Part shown: positions 49,680 through 60,752 of the stretch, in pieces | How the letters are laid out: every line of letters begins with the position of its first letter | How positions within the stretch are numbered: position 1 is the first letter of the stretch | NCBI GenBank assembly: GCA_017473955.1 | Contig: JAFUIK010000035.1 | Span: 32,529 to 96,528, forward strand | DNA length: 64,000 nt | Reading direction: 5' to 3' | Origin: Ruminococcus sp. | Lineage (GTDB): Bacteria > Bacillota > Clostridia > Oscillospirales > Acutalibacteraceae | Notes under the pieces: generated by a model | Told to the model about the DNA's origin: nothing | Databases searched by the model: none | Seen by the model: only the letters and a program-made list of their open reading frames with translations | Position numbers and translations under genes: made by a program

Positions 49680-49767
49680 AACCCCTTGTAAACGTTATGC
49701 TTACAAGGGGTTTATGTTTGAAAATTCTTATCCCAAACAATTAAAAGGCGGTTATAAAACCGCCTTT
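49680..49767. terminator. Two hairpins between convergent genes
   Basis: AACCCCTTGTAA..TTACAAGGGGTT and AAAGGCGGTT..AACCGCCTTT. Confidence 0.7.
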
Positions 49768-49788
49768 CTTATTGATCGCTAAATTATA

Positions 49789-52074
49789 TTAGTCAACAAA
49801 TCCCGCAATAAACATCTGAATATCTGTTACATCCATAATGTTGACTGTTCCGTCATCATTAACGTCACCGAACTTCTCAAAATTGTCTGCACACAACAGA
49901 TCTGCCAGATAGTACTGGATATACGTTGCATCAAAGATATTAACCTTTCCATCATGGTCAACATCCATAGTATCAAACGTTATTACATTAACTGTTTGCG
50001 ACTCAAGGTATACCCTACCTGAGCTAATTTTATCAATTAATACTTTTTTTACAATAAAGTGATGCTCACCTGAAGTGTCACAATAATACTCAAATGTACT
50101 AACATCACTATCAAGCTGTGCAATCAGCTCTCTTTCTGTACCATTAATCTCATATACTTCAAAAGTTTCAGCAGGAGCTTCATCTGTATTCCAGCTAAGT
50201 TTCACCTTATCATTCGCTGTAAGCTCTACACTAACATCCGGTACAGGTAATTCATCAGAGAATGTAGTCAGCATATAAACAAGGCTCTGCTTGGTGTTAA
50301 GGTTTTCACTTATGTGCGGAATGTAGCCATCGCTTCTATACTGCCACATTTGCGGTATTCTTCCGTCAGGAGTAGTAATAGGCTCGGAAAAATCAACACT
50401 ATAAGGATAGTAGCTATAATAGGTTCCTATACCGTTTTTTGAAAGCTGTTCTGAATCAAGCCTTGAGAACACTGATTTATTCGCAAAAACCACTGTTTCA
50501 TACCCGTTATTATTAAGCTCCTCTGAAAAAGCGAGTGCAACCTCAGTATTGACTGCCTCAGAGTTTGTTGAATACGGACTGTAGGTCATATTATATACAA
50601 CCGAAATCAAGCCGTCTAAACACTCAACAGGAAAATCGTTTTGCATTTCCTTCAAAAAGTATTCTGCCTCAAGTTTTGCCTCTTCTTTATTTTGGGCATA
50701 GGCAATAAAGCTAAGGTAGAAAGGAATATCATTAACATAAGCTCCTTTGACGTTGTTAACAAACTCAGCATCATTTTGGTAAGGATAGTCCTCCCAACCC
50801 CAACCTGCTCTGATTACAGCAAAGTCAAAGCCGTCGTCCTTAACAGTCGACCAGTTGATAAATTCTTTGCTACCTGATGTATAATCACCATAGCGTGAGG
50901 TGACATCAATACCATTATAAAAACCGCAGGAAACAGCTATTGTATCAAAGTTACCTGTCTGTGATTTAGCAATGATTATAGCCTGCCCCAAGGATTTTGC
51001 TGTTACAACACCATTACTATCAACTGTCGCGATAGTTTCATCCGAAGATGACCAGTCAATAACAGGAGTTGCATTTATAGTATTTTCGGTTACAGTTGCA
51101 TTAAGGTTTAATGTGTCGCCGATTTCCATTGATACGTAGCTGTTCGGCAAATCAACTTTGATATTGTCAGTATAATTTTCAAACGCCCACTCGTACAAAT
51201 CGACAGAATCCATCATAGCGTGATTAACATAGCCGTCGTTTACTAAGAGCGGAGCACCAAGTGCTATGCACATAAATTCATCGTTACCCTTTTGTGCTGT
51301 TGAAACAAGACATTTGCCCGATGCGTCAGTATAGCCGGTTTTTACACCGGTTGCGTACTTGTAGTAATACTCTCTGCCGTTTTGCTCGTCAATCAGGTAG
51401 TTTGTATTTACAAACGGATAGGAATAACCATTCGGAGTATAGTACTCAGATGATACAATTTCTGCAAAGCCGTCTAAAGTAAAAGCGTACTCGGCGATTT
51501 TAGCTAAATCCTGAGCGGTTGTATAGTTGTCATCAGACAAGCCGTGACCCTCAGAAAAATATGTATCCTCACAAGAAAGCTCTTTAGCTTTATCGTTCAT
51601 CATCTTAGCAAAATTTTCAGGAGTGCCACCGATATGATAAGCGAGCACCTGAGCAGCATCACAACCTGACGGCAACATAAGACCGTAGATAATATCCAAA
51701 GCCGAAAAGCTTTCGCCGATGTGGTCTTCAAAGTCAGCGGTAGACGCTCCCATTCCCAGAATATCGTTAATCGGTGCAGATGTAATTGTAATCATCTCAC
51801 TAAGGTCTGTGATATTTTCCAACGCCAGAATACAGGTCATAATCTTGACTGTAGAAGCCATAGGGCGTTTTACATCGCTGTTTTTTGAATACAGCACTTT
51901 CCCACTGTTTCTATCAACAAGTAACAGCGTATCAGTAAGAGCGTTGCTGTCATCAAAGGCCACGCTTTCTGCTGAGGCAGATATACACACAGCTGACAAC
52001 AAAATAATAACCGCTAAAGCAATCGAAATTCCCCTGCTTAATATAGAAGATTTAAAATTAGAAAGCCGCTTCAT
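49789..52074 (-). CDS. D-Ala-D-Ala carboxypeptidase (S11) + Big_2 + GH25-like domain + dockerin
   Basis: MASTVK, SGCD, KTG; WSSSD..IATVD; GIDV, FAVIRAG.G, MWQY; DVDHDG.VNIFDAT...GDVNDDG.VNIMD. Confidence 0.88.
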   Translation of the reverse strand: MKRLSNFKSSILSRGISIALAVIILLSAVCISASAESVAFDDSNALTDTLLLVDRNSGKVLYSKNSDVKRPMASTVKIMTCILALENITDLSEMITITSAPINDILGMGASTADFEDHIGESFSALDIIYGLMLPSGCDAAQVLAYHIGGTPENFAKMMNDKAKELSCEDTYFSEGHGLSDDNYTTAQDLAKIAEYAFTLDGFAEIVSSEYYTPNGYSYPFVNTNYLIDEQNGREYYYKYATGVKTGYTDASGKCLVSTAQKGNDEFMCIALGAPLLVNDGYVNHAMMDSVDLYEWAFENYTDNIKVDLPNSYVSMEIGDTLNLNATVTENTINATPVIDWSSSDETIATVDSNGVVTAKSLGQAIIIAKSQTGNFDTIAVSCGFYNGIDVTSRYGDYTSGSKEFINWSTVKDDGFDFAVIRAGWGWEDYPYQNDAEFVNNVKGAYVNDIPFYLSFIAYAQNKEEAKLEAEYFLKEMQNDFPVECLDGLISVVYNMTYSPYSTNSEAVNTEVALAFSEELNNNGYETVVFANKSVFSRLDSEQLSKNGIGTYYSYYPYSVDFSEPITTPDGRIPQMWQYRSDGYIPHISENLNTKQSLVYMLTTFSDELPVPDVSVELTANDKVKLSWNTDEAPAETFEVYEINGTERELIAQLDSDVSTFEYYCDTSGEHHFIVKKVLIDKISSGRVYLESQTVNVITFDTMDVDHDGKVNIFDATYIQYYLADLLCADNFEKFGDVNDDGTVNIMDVTDIQMFIAGFVD

Positions 52075-52183
52075 AATAACATCCTTTCAAAATTCTATAG
52101 AAAAATTTACACCAACTAAAGTATACTGAATTAAAAATACAATTGCAATATAAACCGAAATCAGTGCAATATTATTTGTTACA

Positions 52184-52214
52184 AAAAGCAGGCAAGAAAA
52201 CTCTTGCCTGCTTT
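52184..52214 (-). terminator. Terminator after the hemolysin-III gene
   Basis: AAAGCAGGCAAGA-loop-TCTTGCCTGCTTT. Confidence 0.8.
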
Positions 52215-52254
52215 GCTTTGATTTATCATTCAATTGATTATTTCTAATATAGAA

Positions 52255-52926
52255 TTAAATTACATATACGAAAATTGCAATATACTGGAGTACGCTACCG
52301 ATAACTACAAAGATATGGAAAACAGAGTGCATATAGTGCACCTTTTTGCCGACACCGTAAAGCACAGCTCCGATTGTGTAAGCGATACCGCCCCAGAGCA
52401 ACCACCAAAAACCACCCATTGTAAGGTACTCGATTGTCGGTTTTAATACAGCGATAATACACCAACCCATACCGATATAACAGGTCATTGAGAGCTTAGA
52501 AAACTTCTTCAAATCAATCGCGTTTAAAGTAACAGCAAGAGCTGTCAGACTCCATTCGATGCAAAAAATAGTCCAAGCGATAGCCGCATTGTGCGGTCTT
52601 ATCGAGCACAAAAGAATAGGCGTATAGGTTCCTGCGATAAGAAAGTAAATATCGCAATGGTCGATAACTTGCATAACCTTTTTAGCTATGCTGTTTTTTA
52701 AGCCGTGATAAACGCTTGAAACAGAGTACATAGTAACAAGAGTTGCTCCGTATATTGAAACGGACACGATTTTCCACGCGTCTCTAGTTTTAGCCGCTGC
52801 GATTACGCCTAGAACTAAAGCTACTACGCCGAAAACTCCGCCGGCGATGTGGCTAATCATATTGAACAGCTCCTCTCCCCTTGTGTAGTTAGGGAGAGTT
52901 CTGTATTTAAGTGCAGTGCGTGTCAT
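52255..52926 (-). CDS. Hemolysin-III/PAQR family membrane protein
   Basis: EE..N..SH, SS.YH, DH..IYFLIAGTYTP, H..FH.FV. Confidence 0.93.
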   Translation of the reverse strand: MTRTALKYRTLPNYTRGEELFNMISHIAGGVFGVVALVLGVIAAAKTRDAWKIVSVSIYGATLVTMYSVSSVYHGLKNSIAKKVMQVIDHCDIYFLIAGTYTPILLCSIRPHNAAIAWTIFCIEWSLTALAVTLNAIDLKKFSKLSMTCYIGMGWCIIAVLKPTIEYLTMGGFWWLLWGGIAYTIGAVLYGVGKKVHYMHSVFHIFVVIGSVLQYIAIFVYVI

Positions 52927-53810
52927 TAGTCCACCCTCTCGTCGCACCAGAAAAACAGTGCTAATGTACCCGGGCCTGCGTGTGTGCCGATAACTGTGCC
53001 GATTGAGTTAATGAGAACTTCGCCGTTAATCTTTTTGAAGTTACTCTTAACAAGGTCTGCAACAGCCTTTGCGTCATCATAACAAGCGGAATTACTGATA
53101 AATACCTTTCCGTTGTAATCTTTGCCACCCTCAGCGTGCTCAAGCATACGGTTAACAATCTCAGGAATAACCTTCTTCTTTGTTCTGATTTTAGCACGTG
53201 GAATGAGCTTACCGTCAACAGAAACGTTTAGTAATGGGCAAATCTCGAACACGCCGCCAATCATACCGCTGACCTTAGAAACTCGACCACCTTTTACAAA
53301 GAATGTAAGGTCTGTTGAGAAGAACCAGTGGTGAAGATTAAGTTTGTTATTTTCTGCCCAATCTTTAAGCTCGTCAATAGACATACCCTCGTCACGCTTT
53401 TGAGCTAATGTGTCCATAAGAAGTCCATAACCTGATGATGCCGCTAGAGAGTCAACAACGTAAATCTTTCTGTCAGGGTACTGCTCTCTAATCATCTCTG
53501 CTGCTGTACAAGCTGAACGATATGAACCTGAAAGACCTGATGACATTGACACGTGAAGAACGTCCTTGCCACTATCCAAAAGCTTTTTAAAATAGTCCTC
53601 GTACTCACCAACGCTAATCTGTGATGAAGTTGAGTCAGAACCATTTTTTAATCTGTTATAAAACTCATCGAATGACATTGTCTGACCTAAATCGTCCGGA
53701 TACTCAACGCCATCCATTACATAGTGGAAACATTCATAGGAGATGTCAAGCTTCTCTAAATGCTCCTTTGATAAATCAACTGTTGAACAACAACTTAAAA
53801 TATAGCTCAT
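52926..53810 (-). CDS. DegV/FakB family fatty-acid binding protein
   Basis: SSQ, SSGLSGSY, VDSLAAS.G, GGRVS, IGTHAGPG. Confidence 0.94.
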   Translation of the reverse strand: MSYILSCCSTVDLSKEHLEKLDISYECFHYVMDGVEYPDDLGQTMSFDEFYNRLKNGSDSTSSQISVGEYEDYFKKLLDSGKDVLHVSMSSGLSGSYRSACTAAEMIREQYPDRKIYVVDSLAASSGYGLLMDTLAQKRDEGMSIDELKDWAENNKLNLHHWFFSTDLTFFVKGGRVSKVSGMIGGVFEICPLLNVSVDGKLIPRAKIRTKKKVIPEIVNRMLEHAEGGKDYNGKVFISNSACYDDAKAVADLVKSNFKKINGEVLINSIGTVIGTHAGPGTLALFFWCDERVD

Positions 53811-53943
53811 AATAAGCCTCCTGAAAAAATTTTACATCAGTGATTTTACTACCGCGAGGGTGATATTACAATCTATTGTGAGTCTTTTCAGGTCTACCAA
53901 ATTTTTTAGTGTAGTAGAAATACATTTTTTCGACTCTACTAAC

Positions 53944-53978
53944 AAAAAAGCCAACTCTACTAATCGTGGAGTTGGCTT
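53944..53978 (-). terminator. Terminator after the XRE gene
   Basis: AAGCCAACTC...GAGTTGGCTT plus T-run on the - strand. Confidence 0.75.
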
Positions 53979-54003
53979 AAAAACTAAGGTTTTAGAGGGT
54001 AAT

Positions 54004-54585
54004 TCACCTGTTGCGTTTTTTCTTAATAAAGAAGCTGAGGATAATTATTATCTGTGCAGGGAAGCCGATGATAAACAGTTGCCACCAGTTAGACTGATAA
54101 AAAGTCAGGTACACACAGGTTATAATTCCCCAAACGATACCCGAAATTATGAACATATTGAGCTTACCGATACCCCATACGGAATTTAAAACTAAAAGCA
54201 CAATCAGCGACACAGGAACAGTATACGCAAAAATCAACGGAGTCGGCATACCACACAACCATGTAACCACAAAAGCAAAAAGTGCAAGTGTCCATATGCC
54301 TATCGTAGTGATTACAGAAATGACAGAGCGACTATAGGTTCGCGGTTTCTCAACGATGATTTTCTCATTCGGGGAATGCTCATTCAGTAGATAATCAACT
54401 GTGACACCAAAAACTTCGGCAATTTTTTTAAGCACATATGCATCTGGGAGAGCCTCTGCTCGCTCCCACTTGCTTATAGATTTATCGGAATAACTAAGCA
54501 TCTCGCCTAGCTGTGCCTGAGTTAATCCTTTTGATGTTCTAAGCTTGATTATATTTTCAGCAACAATTCTCTTAAAATTGTCCAT
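54004..54585 (-). CDS. XRE-family HTH regulator with C-terminal membrane domain
   Basis: LR...GLTQ.QL...L.YSDKSISKWER...PD; 4 TM segments. Confidence 0.9.
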   Translation of the reverse strand: MDNFKRIVAENIIKLRTSKGLTQAQLGEMLSYSDKSISKWERAEALPDAYVLKKIAEVFGVTVDYLLNEHSPNEKIIVEKPRTYSRSVISVITTIGIWTLALFAFVVTWLCGMPTPLIFAYTVPVSLIVLLVLNSVWGIGKLNMFIISGIVWGIITCVYLTFYQSNWWQLFIIGFPAQIIIILSFFIKKKRNR

Positions 54586-54729
54586 TGTGTTACCTCGTAA
54601 TTTTATAGTGTGTTTTAGTATAACACAAATACGATGACAATTCAACAAATCAAAAGAATAATAATGCTACAATTTGAGCTCGACTATAAAAAACAGCCCC
54701 TGTTTACAGGAGCTGTTGAAGTCAATTTA

Positions 54730-55530
54730 TTAGATAAGAACTTTAGCTAAGAAATCCTTGAGTCTTTCTGAGTGCGGATGGTTGAAGATATCGTCAGGTG
54801 TGCCTTGCTCAATAATTTTACCCTCATCCATAAACACAACGCGTGTGCCTACTTCACGAGCAAAACCCATTTCGTGAGTAACAACCGCCATAGTCATACC
54901 TTCGGTTGCGAGCTCTTTCATAACATCCAGTACCTCGCCTACCATCTCTGGATCAAGTGCTGAGGTCGGCTCGTCAAAGAGCATAACCTGAGGATTCATG
55001 CAAAGCGAACGAACAATTGCGATACGCTGTTTCTGTCCGCCTGAGAGAGTAGATGGATACACATCGGCTTTATCTTCCAGGCCTACACGTTTAAGAAGCT
55101 GCACCGCTCTCTCTTTCGCTTTGTTTTTTATTTCTTTTATAGAAACAATATCGTTTTTTTCATAATCTTTTCCGAAAAATTTATTAGCACGTGCTTTTCG
55201 TGCTTTTTTCTTCGCAACGTAAATCGGTGCAAGCGTCATATTTTCAATAACAGTTTTGTTGTTAAAAAGATTGAAGTGCTGAAACACCATACCCATTTTC
55301 TGGCGGTGGGTGTTTATATCAACCTTAGGGTCAGCTATATCTACGTCATTGAAGAAAATGTTTCCGTCTGTAGGGTCTTCCATACAATTAAGGCATCTCA
55401 ACAACGTTGATTTACCCGAACCTGACGGGCCAAGAATTACAACAATCTCGCCCTTTTTTATTTCTAGGTTAATACCGTCTAAAACTAAATTATCGCCAAA
55501 TGCTTTTTTTAGATTACATACCCTTATCAC
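54730..55530 (-). CDS. Polar amino-acid ABC transporter ATPase
   Basis: [27 protein letters not shown]. Confidence 0.95.
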   Translation of the reverse strand: MIRVCNLKKAFGDNLVLDGINLEIKKGEIVVILGPSGSGKSTLLRCLNCMEDPTDGNIFFNDVDIADPKVDINTHRQKMGMVFQHFNLFNNKTVIENMTLAPIYVAKKKARKARANKFFGKDYEKNDIVSIKEIKNKAKERAVQLLKRVGLEDKADVYPSTLSGGQKQRIAIVRSLCMNPQVMLFDEPTSALDPEMVGEVLDVMKELATEGMTMAVVTHEMGFAREVGTRVVFMDEGKIIEQGTPDDIFNHPHSERLKDFLAKVLI

Positions 55531-56224
55531 TTTTTCTCAGTCTCCTCTCTAAAATTTTAATCAGCAGACTGATTAACATTACCATAATTATATAAATAAT
55601 TGCCATACAAAGATATGGTATCATAAATTCATATGTATTTGAGCCAGCCATATTAAATGCAAGATAAAGGTCAGTTGCACCGACAAAGCTTACAACCGAA
55701 GTTTCTTTGATAAGTGCAATAAACTCATTACCCATTGTTGGTATTATGTTTTTGACTGCCTGCGGTATAACGATTTTCATCATTGTAGCAGAAAAGCTGA
55801 TACCCATAGCCCGTCCACCTTCCATTTGCCCGCTGTCAACAGAAAGGATACCGCCACGCATAATCTCCGAAATATACGCACCACTATTAAGTCCAAACAC
55901 CAGTATAGACACATTAACCGATGTTACCTTTAAACCCATCAAAGGGAACAAAACATAGTAGAACAGAAGAAGCTGGACAACTATCGGAGTTCCTCTAAAG
56001 AAAGAAACATACACAGTACAAATACTATCCATTATACGTGGTAAAATCTTATATTTCGGAACAACTCTTATTGCGGCAATCAGAGTACCAATTACAATAC
56101 CTATAACAAGACCTAAAACAGCTATAATTACCGTATTTTTTAGGCCCTCAAGAACCATTTTATAGCCCTCTTCGTTTATCATATAATTGATAAACAAATC
56201 TATTTTTTTGTCAAAACTACCCAT
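55514..56224 (-). CDS. Polar amino-acid ABC permease
   Basis: RGTP..VQ, NSGAY.SEI.RGGI..VD.GQ.E, NEFI.LIKETS. Confidence 0.95.
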   Translation of the reverse strand: MGSFDKKIDLFINYMINEEGYKMVLEGLKNTVIIAVLGLVIGIVIGTLIAAIRVVPKYKILPRIMDSICTVYVSFFRGTPIVVQLLLFYYVLFPLMGLKVTSVNVSILVFGLNSGAYISEIMRGGILSVDSGQMEGGRAMGISFSATMMKIVIPQAVKNIIPTMGNEFIALIKETSVVSFVGATDLYLAFNMAGSNTYEFMIPYLCMAIIYIIMVMLISLLIKILERRLRKSDKGM

Positions 56225-56301
56225 ATAAAACTACCTTTTAATAAAACAAATGCCTCACCCACTAGTTTAGGTGAGGTATTTATGTTTTTTGATGATTAAA
56301 G

Positions 56302-57147
56302 TTAAGCCACTGCGTTTAATGACTTAGTGATAAATTCTGCAGGATCCTTATCAATGATTACGAAATTGATGTTGCCGTTAATCATATCCTGAATTGCAAG
56401 TGAGCCGTTTTTATAGCCAACACCCTCAGCCTTAAATCCATCAAAGCCCCAATCAGCATCACCGTTAACATAGAACTGGCCTGTTGTACCGTTCTGGTAA
56501 CCGATTCTTGTAGCACTATCTAAACCATTTAAAATTTTCTCAACATCTTCTGCTGTTTTGCACTCATCAAAAGTTGTATCATTGCTTAAAACTACTACAC
56601 GCTGAGATGCTTCATAATAAGGCTCGGAGAAATTAACAGACTCTTTACGCTCTTCGTTAATTGTAAGACCAGCCATAGCGATATCGCATTTATGCTGACC
56701 AACAGATAAGCAAACAGCATCAAAATCCATATTGTTAATTACTAATTCCTTGCCAAGAAAATCAGCAAGGAGCTTAGCGATTTCCATATCAATACCGACG
56801 TACTTGTCACCTGACATATACTCAAAAGGCTCAAACGCAGCATTTGTAGCAACAACAAGCTGATCCTTGTTCTCGTCAAACTCAGCAGACGTAACACCCT
56901 CAGGAGCACCGCCACCATAATATTTATCGCAAATAGCTTCTAATGTGCCATCTTCTTTAATTTTTGCGATAAACTCGTTTACATCCTCTAAAAGCTCAGG
57001 CTGGTCTTTATCCACACCAAAAGCATACTGCTCTTGAGTAAGGTCAATTTCAATAACCTTAGCAGTTTTTACATCATTTGTACCGCCACAAGCAGCAAGA
57101 GATGCTACCATTAAGATAGCAAGAATAAGTGCAAGAATCTTTTTCAT
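56302..57147 (-). CDS. Polar amino-acid ABC substrate-binding lipoprotein (circularly permuted)
   Basis: LAAC lipobox; VATNAAFEPFEY, G.D..IA, AGLTI..ER...V.FS.PY. Confidence 0.9.
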   Translation of the reverse strand: MKKILALILAILMVASLAACGGTNDVKTAKVIEIDLTQEQYAFGVDKDQPELLEDVNEFIAKIKEDGTLEAICDKYYGGGAPEGVTSAEFDENKDQLVVATNAAFEPFEYMSGDKYVGIDMEIAKLLADFLGKELVINNMDFDAVCLSVGQHKCDIAMAGLTINEERKESVNFSEPYYEASQRVVVLSNDTTFDECKTAEDVEKILNGLDSATRIGYQNGTTGQFYVNGDADWGFDGFKAEGVGYKNGSLAIQDMINGNINFVIIDKDPAEFITKSLNAVA

Positions 57148-57204
57148 AATAATTACCTCTTTAAATAAAAATTTAGTTACGCACTAGTTTTTTCAACTGT
57201 CACT

Positions 57205-57255
57205 ACTATACACCATATAAATAAAATATGCAAGCAGTTTTTGCATAAATATTCA
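57205..57255 (-). promoter_or_regulatory. Promoter with adjacent ARG-box-like palindrome
   Basis: TTGCAT-17bp-TATAGT (57205-57233); TGCATAAATATTCA at 57242-57255. Confidence 0.6.
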
Positions 57256-57457
57256 ATCTTTAGTGATATTCACAACTCAGCATTACATTTTTAGTGCAAC
57301 AGTATCAAAATTTACTATGCATTATGCAAAGTTATATGAATATATGCATACTCATCTCGTGATTGGCAAAAACGCTGTTTACTTAGAAAGGCGTTTCAAT
57401 TTGCATATCATCGCATATTTATGCTATGTTATGCGTGTTTTATGCATAAACAATTTC

Positions 57458-59059
57458 TTAAAACTCAGTTATGATTCGTGCTACATAAAGTTGGATAGCG
57501 GTTGCGTCCAGCACTGATATGTCGTTATCCTTGTCAGTATCAGCGAAAAGTAAGCCGATATCACTGAGGAGTTGTGTTCTTGCGAGGTGAAGCTGTAAAG
57601 CAGTTGCATCTATTACTGAAACCTCTAAGTCCATATCAACATCACCAAGCAACCTCTTAAGCGGAGGAGTTTTTTCCTGTTCTTTTAATGTTTCGCCACA
57701 GATAAAGCACTCTAAACCGTCTGTAAGGCCGGCTTCATAATCTTGTGCAGGGATTCCCTCTACGACAATCTCGTCGTGTGAAAATGATGGTGCTAAACAA
57801 TACGGTTTAAATTCCAGTGAATGTTCCTTTGCAAACGTTTGAGCAGTAGAGCCGTAAAGCGAGTAAACTATGGTGTCTTTCATTATGGTATCGGAATAGT
57901 CTGAGTCGCTCTGAATATTACACTGTGGGTTTAATACAACAATGTACTCTGTACCGCATCCGTAAAAGGCACCATAGCCGATGCTGTTAACAGACTCAGG
58001 GATTACAATGCTTTTTAACGAAATGCATTTTGAAAAAGTTTCATAACCAATCTTTTCTAACGAATCAGGCAATTTCACATCACTAAGCGATGAACAGTTG
58101 CAGAACACCCAATCATTTATGCGTTTTACCGACTTTGGTATTTCTATACTTCTAAGCGAAGAGCATCCAACAAATGCACTCTCACATAAAGTGTTGACTG
58201 TGTCAGGAATGTTCACCGAAGTCAGAGATGAACAATCCGCAAATGTCCATCCGCTGAGCATTTCAAGTGGAGCCAAAATCTCAGCGGTAGCAAGAGAAGT
58301 ACAGTTTGAAAAAGCCCACTCTCCTACACTTGTTACTGAATTCGGGATTTTTATTTCTTTTAAAGAACTACAGAACATAAACGCTCTGTCCTCGATTTTT
58401 TCTACCGACTCAGGGATAGTGATATTTTCTAGAGTGTAACAGCACGAAAAAGCATCCTCGCCGATTTCTTTCACAGTATCAGGAATACTACTGTTTCGAC
58501 AACCAACAATCATCCTATCTGTAGAGCTTTCTATGATAGCGTTGCAATTTTCTCGGCTGTCGTACTTTTTGTTTTTTGCGTCGACTGTTATATTTGACAG
58601 GTTATTGCATCGCGAAAAAGCGTTGTGTGTAATCATTGTCACGCTCTTCGGAATTGCAATTGACTCAAGCGAAAAACAATCTGCAAATGTCCACGCACCG
58701 ATAATAGTAACAGTATCAGGAATGTTCACCTCACTAAGAGATATACAACCTGAAAAAACACCGTCTGCTATAGCGGTAACTGAATCAGGAATCGTAATTG
58801 TTTTCAAGTTTTCACACTCAGAAAAGGAATAAACCGCGAGCTTTGATACAACATAATCAGCTATCTTTGAAGGAACAATTACCTCCTGTGCGTCTCCTAA
58901 GTAATCTCTGATTTCAGCAGTACCATCGTCTCTTATAGCGTACTCATAATCTCCCTCAAAGAAAGTTTCGTCTTTAGGATAATCCTCATCAGCGTTAACG
59001 CTTAGACACATACTGCTCATTATTGTCAGTAAAAGCAGTATCGTAATAAATTTTTTCAT
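57458..59059 (-). CDS. Secreted BspA-type LRR protein with C-terminal dockerin
   Basis: Signal peptide; many IP.SV..I...AF..C.SL repeats; GDVDMD..VSVIDAT...DTDKD..ISVLDAT. Confidence 0.92.
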   Translation of the reverse strand: MKKFITILLLLTIMSSMCLSVNADEDYPKDETFFEGDYEYAIRDDGTAEIRDYLGDAQEVIVPSKIADYVVSKLAVYSFSECENLKTITIPDSVTAIADGVFSGCISLSEVNIPDTVTIIGAWTFADCFSLESIAIPKSVTMITHNAFSRCNNLSNITVDAKNKKYDSRENCNAIIESSTDRMIVGCRNSSIPDTVKEIGEDAFSCCYTLENITIPESVEKIEDRAFMFCSSLKEIKIPNSVTSVGEWAFSNCTSLATAEILAPLEMLSGWTFADCSSLTSVNIPDTVNTLCESAFVGCSSLRSIEIPKSVKRINDWVFCNCSSLSDVKLPDSLEKIGYETFSKCISLKSIVIPESVNSIGYGAFYGCGTEYIVVLNPQCNIQSDSDYSDTIMKDTIVYSLYGSTAQTFAKEHSLEFKPYCLAPSFSHDEIVVEGIPAQDYEAGLTDGLECFICGETLKEQEKTPPLKRLLGDVDMDLEVSVIDATALQLHLARTQLLSDIGLLFADTDKDNDISVLDATAIQLYVARIITEF

Positions 59060-59136
59060 ATTTATACCCCATATCTTACAAAATACATTGAATTATTTTA
59101 TCACTCATTTATATTAAACGCAATAAACAACACGTA

Positions 59137-59164
59137 AAAAGTGGCACACACTTGTGTGCCACTT
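59137..59164 (-). terminator. Terminator of the second ABC operon
   Basis: AAGTGGCACAC-loop-GTGTGCCACTT plus T-run. Confidence 0.8.
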
Positions 59165-59180
59165 AAAGTTAAACAATTTA

Positions 59181-59960
59181 TTACTGATTAAACGCATTCA
59201 AAAACGCTTTTAGTCGGTCGGTTGACGGGTTAACAAGAATGTCAGGTGTGCCCTGCTCTGCGATAACACCCTCATCCATAAAAATGATTTTGTCTGATAC
59301 TTCACGGGCAAAATTCATCTCGTGAGTAACAATAACCATAGTACAGTCGCCGTCCTTTAAAGAACGGATAACCTTTAACACTTCACCTGTAAGCTCAGGG
59401 TCAAGTGCTGACGTTGGCTCATCAAAACACAAAATTTTAGGATTGAGTGCTAACGCTCGTGCGATTGCGACACGCTGTTGCTGTCCGCCTGAAAGCTGAC
59501 ATGGATACATATCAATACGCGGTGTCATTCCGACACGTTCAATAAGCTTTCTCGCGTTATTTTCGATTTCTTCGTAAATCGCCTTTTTATTAGCTCGAAA
59601 ATCCGGTCTGTCCTTAGCTAAAAGCTTTGGTGCAAGACAAACGTTGTCCAGCACAGTGTACTGCGGAAACAGATTAAAGCTCTGGAACACAAGTCCGAAA
59701 ATAAGCTGACGACGACGAGCTTCTGCTGAACTGATGCGTTTTTCTTCGCTTGCATCAAAAACGCAATCGCCATCAACTGTTACAGTACCCTTCTCGGCTG
59801 TTTCCAGAAAGGTCATACAGCGAAGCAGGGTAGTTTTACCGCTACCTGATGAACCGATGATTGACAAAACCTCGCCACGATTAAGCTCAAAATCAATACC
59901 TTTCAAAACTTCGATTTTTCCGAATTTTTTATTTATACCTTTGACTTCTAACATTGCCAT
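59181..59960 (-). CDS. Polar amino-acid ABC ATPase
   Basis: [27 protein letters not shown]. Confidence 0.95.
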   Translation of the reverse strand: MAMLEVKGINKKFGKIEVLKGIDFELNRGEVLSIIGSSGSGKTTLLRCMTFLETAEKGTVTVDGDCVFDASEEKRISSAEARRRQLIFGLVFQSFNLFPQYTVLDNVCLAPKLLAKDRPDFRANKKAIYEEIENNARKLIERVGMTPRIDMYPCQLSGGQQQRVAIARALALNPKILCFDEPTSALDPELTGEVLKVIRSLKDGDCTMVIVTHEMNFAREVSDKIIFMDEGVIAEQGTPDILVNPSTDRLKAFLNAFNQ

Positions 59961-59964
59961 AGCA

Positions 59965-60660
59965 TTAACCTCTGAAATAATCGAGCTTCTTCTCGATATA
60001 CCCGAATAATAGTGTGAGCACACCACAGAAAATCAGGTAAAAAGCTCCTGTGTAGAACAATGGCCAGATAAGACCTTCTGCTTTGATAAAACGCTCACCT
60101 GCATAAATAATCTCATAAACTGCGATAATTCGTGCTAAAGATGTGTCCTTAACAAGCGTGATAATTTCATTGCTCATTGGTGGTACAATTCTTTTGATAA
60201 CCTGCAAAAGTGTTACCTTAAAGAAAAGCTGGGATTTCTTCATACCGAGCACCTGTCCTGCTTCACGCTGTCCAACAGGAATAGCTTCGATACCACCACG
60301 ATAAATTTCTGAAAAATAGCAGGCGTAGTTGATAATAAACGCAACAAGCACAGCTACAAAGCGGTCAAATACAGTCCAAGATGCAAGCCAAGTGATAATA
60401 AAATTAGGGTCTTCAATGCCCTGTGCCCATTTGCCAACCAGACCCGGACCATAGTAAACGACAATCATCTGTAGCATAAGAGGTGTACCTCGTATGCACC
60501 ATACGAACACCTTACACAGCCATTTCAGCGGCTTAAACTTACTCATAGAGCCAAAGCTGATAATAAGACCTAAAGGCAGTGCAAAAAGCAGAGTTAATGC
60601 AAAAACCTCACAGGTTACACCAAAACCCTTGAGCAGACTTAGTGTTACTTCACCGAACAT
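59965..60660 (-). CDS. Polar amino-acid ABC permease
   Basis: [31 protein letters not shown]. Confidence 0.95.
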   Translation of the reverse strand: MFGEVTLSLLKGFGVTCEVFALTLLFALPLGLIISFGSMSKFKPLKWLCKVFVWCIRGTPLMLQMIVVYYGPGLVGKWAQGIEDPNFIITWLASWTVFDRFVAVLVAFIINYACYFSEIYRGGIEAIPVGQREAGQVLGMKKSQLFFKVTLLQVIKRIVPPMSNEIITLVKDTSLARIIAVYEIIYAGERFIKAEGLIWPLFYTGAFYLIFCGVLTLLFGYIEKKLDYFRG

Positions 60661-60752
60661 AAATTTTCCTTCCTACTCAATACAGTGAGTAAAGCTGACA
60701 GAAAAATTCCGCCAGCTTTGCGTCAAATCAGTATATTTATAAAATGCTTAAA

